Below are positions 38,109 to 47,056 of a DNA stretch of 64,000 bases, one piece after another; position 1 is the first letter of the stretch; each line of letters starts with the position of its first letter. The notes under the pieces are model-generated. The model searched no databases, was not told the DNA's origin, and saw only the letters and a list, made by a program, of their open reading frames with translations. Location of the stretch: contig CAVRET010000001.1 of assembly GCA_963720265.1 (NCBI GenBank), forward strand, positions 197,916-261,915, read 5' to 3'. The translations under genes and the position numbers were made by a program. Source of the DNA: an uncultured bacterium. GTDB taxonomy: Bacteria; Patescibacteriota; Saccharimonadia; UBA4664.

Positions 38109-41100
38109 CTACGTTCCCCAGTTACTCAACAGCATCGAAAGATCAAATATGTTGACCGTGCCGTCATGATTAAGATCGGCGGTGGCGTTATTGGTACCCC
38201 AGGCACTCAACAGAATCGACAGGTCGAAAATATTGACCTGTCCGTCGTTATTAAGATCACCGATTTTGCCTGAGGGACTCGCGCTGGGGGTGGGCGTGGC
38301 GCTGCTTGATGCCTGGGGTGACGGCGTGGCTGAATAGGTGCTACTCGTGTCCTGTTGCCAGTCGGCCTGCCAGTGGGCGAAGTCGACGTTGTAGCACGGA
38401 CTCGGACTCGTTGGTGTTGACTGGTTCGTGGTTGGGTCTTGCGGCAGGGCGTCGCACGGGCCGTAGTTATACGCATTCCAAGTCCAGGGGCCATCGTAGG
38501 TGTTGTCAGACCACAGATTGTTGCTTGGCGCTTCGTTGTTGTTTGCCGGAGCGTCGGGCGGATTTGACAGCGCATTCAAATTAGCCAGCGGGTCAGACGT
38601 GCAGCCCGAATCCCAGGATGGACAAGTGGTAAGTGATGAGTTGCTCATCATCGCATTGCCGTCGATGTTGGTGCCGTACGGAGGATCGCCGCCGTCCTGG
38701 AAGGCCATGAAATTAGTGCCACACTGGTTGGCTGTAGTACAACTGGTGGTGCCGCCGTTATCCGCGGTTTGCGAATTGATATAGGCGGGGTCGATATCGA
38801 AACTATTATCGGTGATCTGGATATTTTTGGGCCGCCATTGGCAGCCGTCGTAGTAAGATATGCTATCGGGTGCGATCGGGCCGGTGGGCGTGGCCACGCT
38901 GGTAGCAAAGAGCGCGCACGTGCCGGCGCTTGTGACCGTAGCGCCGGCGGCAGTAGTGCTCGCAACGGCCGGTGAGACGGTGAGGGCACAGTCATTGGCG
39001 TAGCATGTTTCGGAGGTAACCTTGTAGGGCTGGACCTGGAGTACGGTGCCAGTTAGAGTGCCCGTGCCTCGCACTAACGATACCCCAGTAAAGCTTGTGC
39101 CGGTCGTGCCGGTATAGCTCAGAATAGCACCGGTGAGGCCGCCTCCGCCGCCGGCGGCCGATGTATCGACGCGTAAGTCGCCGGATGATGGGAAACCGCT
39201 GGTGGACGCAGCGTTAATTGACTGTGAGCCGGAGAGTGTCGTTACGTCAGTGGTGCTGTTGGTGGTAGTAGACGTAGGATCGCTAAACCCGATTTGATCA
39301 TCGATGGCCTCAGGTCCTTTCGTCATGACGGTGGTGCTTCCGGCTGAGGCTGTTTGATCCAGCGTTGTCGTACCGCCATGCCCGCTATCGGTTTGGTGCG
39401 AGAAGTAATACTGGCCGCCGGCGGCGGCAGTATCGGTCGTGGGGAAACCGCCCGTGCAATAAGCGGCGTCCACGGGCCAGCCTTCGCCGCTTGACGCACA
39501 GTTGCGCAACCCCGACTCCCAGATCGTGACACCGCCCCAGTCGTTGATGAACTGGTTGCCGGATATGTTTATCTGATTGTTATATCGGCTTAAGGGGATG
39601 CTGAACCCGCCCGAACTGTTTAGTCCAATATCGCCGGCGCAGTTCGAATCGCCACAGCCGCTGCCCGTGCCCCAGTTATCGTCCTCGAACAAGTTGTTCG
39701 TAATATTTAGGTTATAGCCGGTTTCCGACTCGATTGCATCGCCGACGTTTTTGTAAAAGTAGTTGCCCGAGATATTGGTACCGGTATTGCCGTTATCGAG
39801 CCAGATCGCGGGCGTGCCCCCGCCGAGGCCGACTTCCACGAAGGCGTTATCCACAATGTCGGCATTGAGTGTGCCCCACCATTTGTCGCCGGTGCAGCCG
39901 CAGCCTGGATCTCCTTCGTAGCCGGCTTGGTAGACCTCGTTGTAGTCAAAAATCTCGCCTGTTCCTCCCCCGCCGGCGCCTGAGCTGCCCATTTTGGAAA
40001 AACAGTTGTACTCAATGGTAGCTTCGTCTCCTCCGTAGAAGGCGACGCCTTCACCCTCGTTGCGATAGCTGTCATGAATCTTCGAGTGCTCAAGTGTCCA
40101 GCCGGAACCCAGTGTGATAGTGCCGGTAGTATTGTGCAGGTCGTTGTAGATATCCAAGTAATCAACGGTGACTCCGCCGGCCAGGTCGTTGTAGTAGATA
40201 GGCGTGTCGGCGTTGGCCGCAACATCGAGGCCGCCTGAGATTGTGACCGTATATCCGCTTTGACTGCCCGAGACGGCGCCGATCTCGTAGTCCTGGGTGC
40301 CGATGACAATATGTCCCCACTTTACCAGCGGGATGGTGGATGAGCTAAGCGTTACCGTTGTGGCGCCTTGAGCTTTGGTAGCGCCCAGTGTCGCGATTGG
40401 ATCAGAACTATTTGTCCACTCTGCGCTGCCCTGTGCTTCGGGAGTGGTTAATCCAGAATCAAGGGTTACCGATGTTCCTGAGGCGGCGGCGATCCCGTAG
40501 GTGGTGCCGTCGGCAAATGTAATGTTGCCCGCGTAGCTAGAGACGCTTGACGTTAATGTGATAGAGGTTGTGCCAATTCCTGCGGTGGCCGCCAACGTGC
40601 TGCTGTTTCCTGAATACGAATAGGTGTCGTTACCCGCGTCGATGCCGCCGGGGTTGTCCTCGTCGTTAAAGGTGGGTTCGGGATAGCCGGCGGCTGACCC
40701 GCCGATGAATTCATCGCCGCTGATCGTTTGCAGGCCCAGACTAGTGTAAGCTCCGCCTTCGAAATACTGCACGATTGGGGTTTCCGGGAGATTATAGGCC
40801 GGCTCTGACACGACGCTGCCTGGTGCATAAATGACGGCCGCTTCAGTGCTTGAGCTCTCGTCGGCAACATACGACGGCAGCGGCGGCAAGGTTGTGCCAT
40901 ATCCGGTGAGTGCTTCATATTGGGCTACGGTGTAGCTTTGGCTGCCGGAAGGCAGTGCACTATAGCTCCATGGGCTCGTGAGATACTGAGCGGAGTCGTC
41001 GCAAATCATATAGCTTTCGCCTGGTACAGACGAATCGGCCCGGGAATGGGGTCTGAGTATGATACCGACAACCACAAAAGCAATCACTACCGGTGCCATA

Positions 41101-41192
41101 GCGGCCCAAGTGATGGCTTTTTGGCCGGTTATCAAATTCATGCCGCTAAAGCTGGGCCGGGCGAATCTTATCGCTGGCTTTCTCAACAACAT
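38109..41192 (-). CDS. Paralog 2 of the beta-helix/dockerin protein (1027 aa), convergent with paralog 1.
   Basis: The N-terminal 150 aa align almost residue for residue with paralog 1 (ICD..QYL.SPWSY.AL.SGSQ.YTVAQYEAL.GYGTTLPPLPSY...). The C-terminus is a PS-rich linker followed by KIGDLNNDGQVNIFDLSILLSAWG...DLNHDGTVNIFDLSMLLSNWG. Confidence 0.7.
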   Translation of the reverse strand: MLLRKPAIRFARPSFSGMNLITGQKAITWAAMAPVVIAFVVVGIILRPHSRADSSVPGESYMICDDSAQYLTSPWSYSALPSGSQSYTVAQYEALTGYGTTLPPLPSYVADESSSTEAAVIYAPGSVVSEPAYNLPETPIVQYFEGGAYTSLGLQTISGDEFIGGSAAGYPEPTFNDEDNPGGIDAGNDTYSYSGNSSTLAATAGIGTTSITLTSSVSSYAGNITFADGTTYGIAAASGTSVTLDSGLTTPEAQGSAEWTNSSDPIATLGATKAQGATTVTLSSSTIPLVKWGHIVIGTQDYEIGAVSGSQSGYTVTISGGLDVAANADTPIYYNDLAGGVTVDYLDIYNDLHNTTGTITLGSGWTLEHSKIHDSYRNEGEGVAFYGGDEATIEYNCFSKMGSSGAGGGGTGEIFDYNEVYQAGYEGDPGCGCTGDKWWGTLNADIVDNAFVEVGLGGGTPAIWLDNGNTGTNISGNYFYKNVGDAIESETGYNLNITNNLFEDDNWGTGSGCGDSNCAGDIGLNSSGGFSIPLSRYNNQINISGNQFINDWGGVTIWESGLRNCASSGEGWPVDAAYCTGGFPTTDTAAAGGQYYFSHQTDSGHGGTTTLDQTASAGSTTVMTKGPEAIDDQIGFSDPTSTTTNSTTDVTTLSGSQSINAASTSGFPSSGDLRVDTSAAGGGGGLTGAILSYTGTTGTSFTGVSLVRGTGTLTGTVLQVQPYKVTSETCYANDCALTVSPAVASTTAAGATVTSAGTCALFATSVATPTGPIAPDSISYYDGCQWRPKNIQITDNSFDIDPAYINSQTADNGGTTSCTTANQCGTNFMAFQDGGDPPYGTNIDGNAMMSNSSLTTCPSWDSGCTSDPLANLNALSNPPDAPANNNEAPSNNLWSDNTYDGPWTWNAYNYGPCDALPQDPTTNQSTPTSPSPCYNVDFAHWQADWQQDTSSTYSATPSPQASSSATPTPSASPSGKIGDLNNDGQVNIFDLSILLSAWGTNNATADLNHDGTVNIFDLSMLLSNWGT

Positions 41193-41261
41193 CTTGTGAT
41201 AATCATAAGCTCTTTAACAGCTTACCGCTAGTTGCGGGCCTTGATTTCGATCGTTTTGCCG

Positions 41262-43109
41262 TTACGTGCCCCAATGGCTCAGCAGGATTGACAAATCGAA
41301 CACGTTGACCGTGCCGTCGTGATTCAGGTCGGCGGTGGCATTGCTCGTGCCCCAGTCGGTCAACAGAATCGATAGGTCGAAGATATTGACCTGTCCATCA
41401 TCGTTAAGGTCGCCGACTTTGCTCGAAGGTGAACCCGATGGTGTCGGAGTGGGAGTTGGCGTAGCCGTGGGAGAGGCAGTGGAATTGAACGTGCTGCCGG
41501 CGTCCTGCGGCCCAAAATTGTCACCTGAATCTTCAACGTTCGTCAGGCCTGATGTCCATTGCGCCCAGGTCGCGACGTCCAATTGATTAAAGTAGGCGAA
41601 CACCCACGGTCCTTCGTACGTATTGTTTAAGAAGTGGTTGTTCTGGGTATTCGAGATAGCATTGCAGACCGTGTACCCCGGATAAGCAGCCGTAACTGAG
41701 TCTGGAGCAAACAAGCCGTTCATCCCGCAGGCAGTGGATTTGCTGCACTGGCCGCTATAGATTGAGTCACTCGGATTGAATGTGAATTGATTGTTTTGGA
41801 CGGTCACGTTCTGAGTTCGCCACTGACAAAGCTGGTGGTAATCAACAGGTGATGTTTCCGTTAGATTCGAAGGACAGGTATTCGGGCCGGTAGTTTGGAT
41901 CCAGGTGCCAATATTAACACCGCTTGGCGGGGTGAGCGTTCCCGGGTCTTGTCCATCGCCGACATAGCGGTTCGAGTTCTGATAAAGTACAACCCCCGAC
42001 CAGTTATCGTTAAACACGTTGCCCTGGATATTCAGTTCGCCGGCATAGTTACTTGGAACGGTGCTGTCGCCGCCCGACTCGGATATATAAATGGCGCCGG
42101 TTGGGAAGCCCGGATTCGTCGGGCCAGTATAGATGCCGTTGTTAACAAACGTGTTGTCCTCGATATCGGCATTGTAGCTAATCTCGTACATCAGCCCTTC
42201 ACTGCCGTTATTCGAAAAGTAGTTGTTTTGAACGAGAAATCCGGCGTTATCGGTGTCCATCCATAAGCCGGCCGATTCGATATTGTCATGGAAATAATTG
42301 CCGGTTACGGTTACATTGCCATTTTGCCAAAACTTCACACCGCCCTCGATGCCCGACTGCGTTTTTTGGGTGTTATTGAATGACACGTCATTGCCGGTAA
42401 AGGTAATGTTTAGTGCGCCTCCGGTAAACGTGTCTTCGTAAGTCTCATCCACATATGAGTAACCTTGCGCGCCATATTCGCCGTTTTCAGTCAAGCAGTT
42501 GTCCGAAACTACGTTGTCGCCGCCCATCATCATGGCGGCGCCGGGACTGTTATATTGCATGAGGTCGTATTTTTCGGTCCAGCCGTTGTTGCCGTTACCA
42601 TTAACCGAACCGGATGACTGATTAGGAACAAAGTGCTGGATTGTGAGGTACTCAATGGTGACGTTTTGGTCGGACATGTCGTTGTAAGTGCCTACGAACG
42701 CACTGCGGTTAATGTTTTGCCCGTCGAGAATTGCGCCGGGAGCGCCAACATATGTATCGCCGTCGGCCGGCTGGATTTGTGAGAACTCGCCGGCACCTAT
42801 CGTATGCGTGCCAGGCGCGAACCAGTAGGTGGTACTGGCGGTGGAAAAATTAAAGTTGCTGTCATCCCCGGCCGGCACGGTAACAGCACCGCTCGGAGCC
42901 GAGGTGTACGGGTCCTGGTCGCCCGGGAAATTGCTGTCTTCACACCAGCCTACCGGCGGCGAGGTTGGAGCGGCGTTATCCGCGTGGCTGGGTGGCTTGA
43001 TGGTTAGGCCGACGTAGACGGCAAGCAACACGAGAGGAACAGCGGCGACAAATGGCCACGCGTTACGTTTGAGTAGGGTACCGGTGGATATCTTGCTGAC
43101 CCGTGACAT
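41262..43109 (-). CDS. Paralog 3 (615 aa): a different beta-helix N-terminal region with the same PT-linker and dockerin C-terminus.
   Basis: TM anchor. Beta-helix rungs (NNYF, GNVF, NNQF). The C-terminus is TPTPTPTPSGSPSSKVGDLNDDGQVNIFDLSILLTDWG...DLNHDGTVNVFDLSILLSHWG. Confidence 0.7.
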   Translation of the reverse strand: MSRVSKISTGTLLKRNAWPFVAAVPLVLLAVYVGLTIKPPSHADNAAPTSPPVGWCEDSNFPGDQDPYTSAPSGAVTVPAGDDSNFNFSTASTTYWFAPGTHTIGAGEFSQIQPADGDTYVGAPGAILDGQNINRSAFVGTYNDMSDQNVTIEYLTIQHFVPNQSSGSVNGNGNNGWTEKYDLMQYNSPGAAMMMGGDNVVSDNCLTENGEYGAQGYSYVDETYEDTFTGGALNITFTGNDVSFNNTQKTQSGIEGGVKFWQNGNVTVTGNYFHDNIESAGLWMDTDNAGFLVQNNYFSNNGSEGLMYEISYNADIEDNTFVNNGIYTGPTNPGFPTGAIYISESGGDSTVPSNYAGELNIQGNVFNDNWSGVVLYQNSNRYVGDGQDPGTLTPPSGVNIGTWIQTTGPNTCPSNLTETSPVDYHQLCQWRTQNVTVQNNQFTFNPSDSIYSGQCSKSTACGMNGLFAPDSVTAAYPGYTVCNAISNTQNNHFLNNTYEGPWVFAYFNQLDVATWAQWTSGLTNVEDSGDNFGPQDAGSTFNSTASPTATPTPTPTPSGSPSSKVGDLNDDGQVNIFDLSILLTDWGTSNATADLNHDGTVNVFDLSILLSHWGT

Positions 43110-43256
43110 CGGTTCTTGATTGCGTTAATGCTTATGCTAAGCTTAGCATGGCCGGTTTCAGTAGTATATGCTGTGTAACTATATAGTGGCGGCAACCTTT
43201 GCAATAGTTAGCCCCGGATCTTGTCTTGTTAAGCATAACCATGATAGATTTGCGCT

Positions 43257-43718
43257 ATGACAAAGAAAACAAAAACTTCATCAAGAGCATATCTCAAGAA
43301 ACTACGCCGTCCACCGCGTAGCCGCTTGTTTGTACTGGGTGCACTGTGCGTGGTATTGGTGGCCGGCGCCGGGGTTTATTTCGTCTCCTCAAGCCTGGCC
43401 TTTACGCCTTGCAGCAAAAAGTACGACTTTGGGATGGGTAATACCGGTAGTTGCGTGTCAATTATTCAGCGCACATTACGCAATTATGGGATGACGACCG
43501 GTAGTAATTACTTTAAGTACAGCCCGAAGTCGGTTCTTACGGCCTCGTTTGTCGATAGCATCTTCGGCCCCAATACGCACGGCCAGATAGAGAATTTTCA
43601 GCGCTGGCAGGGCATCCAGGTGGATGGCGTCGTGGGTCCGCAGACCTGGGGCCAGCTGTGCTCCCTTCCGTTCTCGGATATTAGCAAGACCGATCGCTAC
43701 AATGCCTGCGGTTACTAG
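43257..43718 (+). CDS. Membrane-anchored protein with a putative peptidoglycan-binding domain (PG_binding_1-like).
   Basis: TM helix, then ...DSIFGPNTHGQIENFQRWQGIQVDGVVGPQTWGQL, which is the PGBD signature. Confidence 0.6.
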   Translation: MTKKTKTSSRAYLKKLRRPPRSRLFVLGALCVVLVAGAGVYFVSSSLAFTPCSKKYDFGMGNTGSCVSIIQRTLRNYGMTTGSNYFKYSPKSVLTASFVDSIFGPNTHGQIENFQRWQGIQVDGVVGPQTWGQLCSLPFSDISKTDRYNACGY

Positions 43719-43758
43719 TACACCGCTCCGAGCCTAGCCGCCATAGCAATCCCAGCTC

Positions 43759-44565
43759 TTAGTGAAAGATCTTATCCCATTCGGTCGTGAAGGTATTTAG
43801 GACGTCGACTGTCAAGCCGGGCGAGCTCGGGAGCGTCGACTCGGGCGTTACGGCTGACGTCGCCGGTATTGTCGCGACCTGCGCCGACTGTTGGGCTGCA
43901 GGATTCGTTTGGGTTGCAGTAATGATGAGACGGCGCAAAGACGTTCCGATCGGCGTGCAGGTAATAAGCGTGAGGGTGGGAGTGGCTGTTGGGTTAAGCA
44001 CTGCCACGTCGGTTGGCTGAACGACCTGACTGTCGGTGACCGTGTATGTGTACAGGTGCGACTGGTAGGTAATGTAGATCTGATTCCCCTGTTTGAGCTT
44101 GTCGAGCAATGTAAAAATAAACTTGTAACGCCCCAATTGCCACCAGTCCTCAGATGAATGGCCGAATATCGCAACGTTTCCAGGCTGCCCTGGTAGCGCC
44201 GTGCTGGGGTAATGGACAACACCGTTCTGCAGGGCATTCAAGATTGCGTTTTCACTAGGGTTCGACTCGTACACGATTGGCGCGTCTACGCCGATGGCCG
44301 GGATTGTTATGTCTGACGCGGACATGGGCGTTGTCGGTGATACACCGATGCCCTTGTCGGCCGCCGGTGTCAGCGGCGCCGCCATGGACGCGCTTCCATG
44401 TTTCATCAGGGCGTAGCGGAGCTGGATATACAGGAGCGGTGAGTTGAGCAGGAGAACGGCTGCGATAAAGGTAACGATGAAGGTTAGGAGCGGCTTAACG
44501 ATCCATTTGGAGTTCCAATTTACCGGCTCAGGATGGAACGATGCCGATTCGTAAACCTGAGGCAT
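43759..44565 (-). CDS. Sortase (class E/F-like) transpeptidase.
   Basis: N-terminal TM anchor. Catalytic His (VAIFGHS), Cys in LTLITCTP (TLxTC) and Arg (RRLIITA). Directly upstream of an LPPTG protein. Confidence 0.75.
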   Translation of the reverse strand: MPQVYESASFHPEPVNWNSKWIVKPLLTFIVTFIAAVLLLNSPLLYIQLRYALMKHGSASMAAPLTPAADKGIGVSPTTPMSASDITIPAIGVDAPIVYESNPSENAILNALQNGVVHYPSTALPGQPGNVAIFGHSSEDWWQLGRYKFIFTLLDKLKQGNQIYITYQSHLYTYTVTDSQVVQPTDVAVLNPTATPTLTLITCTPIGTSLRRLIITATQTNPAAQQSAQVATIPATSAVTPESTLPSSPGLTVDVLNTFTTEWDKIFH

Positions 44566-44567
44566 TC

Positions 44568-45677
44568 CTAACGCTTCTTAGGGGCAACGATCAACTTTCG
44601 GCGCTGAGTAACCCAGATGTGGAACAGACCGATGGTGACCAGCAAGGCTCCTGCCAGGCTGACGGCGATACCAGTTCCACCGGTCGGCGGCAGTAGGGTT
44701 GAGATGTTTGTCGGTGTCGGGTTCGGGGTTGGTGATGATGGTGAGCCGGACACTGAAATGTTGACCGAGCAGCCTGAGGTCACCGCTGTGGTACCGCCGC
44801 CCGACCCTACAATCTGGAGTGTTGCAGTGTAATTGCCGGGGGTGGTGTAGGTGTGGGTGGTGGTCGTGGCGGGGACTGTGACCTGGTTGTTGTCGCCGAA
44901 GATGTACTGGTATGAACTGATTGATTCACCGCTGGCGCTGCCAGCGCCGGTAAATGTAACCGTGAGCGGTGCGGTACCGGAAACGGTGTCAGACCTCAAG
45001 CTGGTGCAGGCCATTGATACCGAGGGCGTGGGGGTCGGGGTGGGGCCTGAGGTCGGCGGCGGCGTTGGGGTCGGGGTTCGCATTGGCGTCGGTGTGGGCG
45101 TTGGAGTAGGCGAGCTGCAACTGCCCATGCCGGCAAATAACGATCCGCCGATGACACGGGTGTCAGCGTGTAAATACGGAATTTCGGCATAGGCCGGCGG
45201 GAAGTAGTAGTCGATCTGGGTGTTTTGGCAGGTTGGCGGTACTGATACGGTAGCCGTGGTTGACCAGTTTGACTTATCGGCTGGAATGGTGACATTAACT
45301 GCTGCATACTCATATTGCGGTACTGCAGTGTTGTCGTCGCTCTTGCGGTCCCAGGTGCTGGGTACCGTGAAGCTCTCAAGCACTAATGTTTCGGCACTAC
45401 ATAGCGGTTTACCGCCGGCGAGAGAGATGTGTCCGCCGCCGGATCTAGTGAAGCTGGTCTGGTATGAGCTGTATGATGTTGGACTCAAGCAGCTGCTGCC
45501 GCCCGACGAGTTGGCTGAGGCAAACAAGGCTACCCCGCCGAGCATCACGACAAAGCCCATTAAGCTAAGTACGGCTCCGAAGTAAGGATGACGGGGACTA
45601 ATAATTAATGCAGATTTGGGTGATTTTTTTTGTTTAGTTTTGCTCATGCTCTCATATATAGCATAAGTGGAATACAT
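44568..45677 (-). CDS. LPXTG-anchored surface protein: a roughly 170-aa N-terminal domain, a PT-linker, a PKD/Ig-like domain and an LPPTG sorting signal.
   Basis: Linker (PT)n. PKD-like segment SGTAPLTVTFTGAGS...YQYIFGDNN...HTYTTPGNYTATLQI. C-terminus LPPTG, a hydrophobic stretch, then RRKLIVAPKKR. Confidence 0.7.
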   Translation of the reverse strand: MYSTYAIYESMSKTKQKKSPKSALIISPRHPYFGAVLSLMGFVVMLGGVALFASANSSGGSSCLSPTSYSSYQTSFTRSGGGHISLAGGKPLCSAETLVLESFTVPSTWDRKSDDNTAVPQYEYAAVNVTIPADKSNWSTTATVSVPPTCQNTQIDYYFPPAYAEIPYLHADTRVIGGSLFAGMGSCSSPTPTPTPTPMRTPTPTPPPTSGPTPTPTPSVSMACTSLRSDTVSGTAPLTVTFTGAGSASGESISSYQYIFGDNNQVTVPATTTTHTYTTPGNYTATLQIVGSGGGTTAVTSGCSVNISVSGSPSSPTPNPTPTNISTLLPPTGGTGIAVSLAGALLVTIGLFHIWVTQRRKLIVAPKKR

Positions 45678-45790
45678 ATGGAAGCCGCACGTTCACTGCT
45701 GTGATAGTGCCAGGCCGCTTGGCGGCACGCCGGTAAAGCCCAGTGAGATGGATATTGACTGGGCGCATATGTATAAATGAGGCGCTTCAC

Positions 45791-46612
45791 CTAGCCGGTG
45801 AATGAGATGTAGCCGCATCCCCCTATCACTAGTGCGCAGCCGATCCATACGAACGCCCAGAGGCCATTCCTGGCAGTGTCGCCCAGGAATACAATGCCGA
45901 CCAGGATCGGCACGATTGTCTCGGATGACGTCATGACGCCGTTTACAATCGTGGCCAGCGTGCGCTGCAGGGCGGCGGTGAAGAGGTACATACCAATCGC
46001 GCCGTCAGCGATGATGACCCAGATTAGAGGGTTTGCAAACACGTTCCAGAACGGATCGGGATAGACCAACACCCGGCCGATAATGGAAACGAACCCAAAA
46101 GCGGCTCCGCTGAGGACCGCGAGCAATATGAAGCCGAGCCGGCTTTTCAATCTGACAGCAATCGCTCCGGCCGCCACGAAGAAGACCGGTGTTGCGAACA
46201 GGCAACGCATTAGCAGCGGGCTGGCAACTGCCGTGCTTTCGCTGTGTGCGGCCACGGCAATACAGGCCAGGCCGATTACTACTACCAGTGCCGCGATGTA
46301 GGTCGCTCGGCTCAGCTTGCGTTTGAAAAACCATTGCTCGAAGAATGCGGTCATGACCACGCAGCTGGCAATAATGGCCTGCACCAAAAAGAGCGGAAGT
46401 TTATTTACGGCGATTAAGGTAAGAATACCGGCCAGCAGATCTAGTGCAAGGCCGGCGACATACGGGATTTGGCGCAATAGGTGGGTGACGGTCTTGAGGC
46501 TGTATGTTCTGATCGCCTCGGCTTCGTCTGAGCTAGCTTTTTGTAACAGCGCGGCCGTGGCATTGCAAAGCGCGCAAGCAAGGGCTGCTGCGACGGCTAA
46601 CTCTGTGCTCAT
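45791..46612 (-). CDS. DMT-superfamily (EamA-like) transporter.
   Basis: About 10 TM segments, in two EamA-like halves. Confidence 0.65.
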   Translation of the reverse strand: MSTELAVAAALACALCNATAALLQKASSDEAEAIRTYSLKTVTHLLRQIPYVAGLALDLLAGILTLIAVNKLPLFLVQAIIASCVVMTAFFEQWFFKRKLSRATYIAALVVVIGLACIAVAAHSESTAVASPLLMRCLFATPVFFVAAGAIAVRLKSRLGFILLAVLSGAAFGFVSIIGRVLVYPDPFWNVFANPLIWVIIADGAIGMYLFTAALQRTLATIVNGVMTSSETIVPILVGIVFLGDTARNGLWAFVWIGCALVIGGCGYISFTG

Positions 46613-46690
46613 TCCCCTACTTTAGCAAATACGGAGTGATTTTATATTGTCGGTTGGTTTCGCAATATGGCAGTTCTACAACTTAAGCTT

Positions 46691-47056
46691 TCAACTACAG
46701 AGCTGTATAATCTGCCGTGCGGCCATCTCGGGCGTGAAGCTGGATTTTATCCAGGTATCGACGGCGCCCAGTTTCGCGGCCCGGAGTTTATTCTCTGTAG
46801 ATAGCATGTTTGAAAAAATAATGACTCGCGTCTTGATATGCGTTTGCCCGAGCTTGGCCATGAACTCCCAACCATCCATGACCGGCATCATCAGGTCAAG
46901 TAGTATGGCATCTGGCTTAAATTCTCGTACTAGCGCTAGTGCATCGGCGCCGTTAGGCGCATGCTTCACTTCCATACCTTCGAGCTCGAATTTCAGTACA
47001 TACACCTCTGCAAGGATCGCGTCGTCTTCCACTACTAATACTTTCAGTGAGCTCAT
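46691..47056 (-). CDS. Single-domain (REC-only, CheY-like) response regulator.
   Basis: LVVEDD...D(54)LMMP...K, and no output domain. ATGA overlap with the upstream histidine kinase. Confidence 0.8.
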   Translation of the reverse strand: MSSLKVLVVEDDAILAEVYVLKFELEGMEVKHAPNGADALALVREFKPDAILLDLMMPVMDGWEFMAKLGQTHIKTRVIIFSNMLSTENKLRAAKLGAVDTWIKSSFTPEMAARQIIQLCS

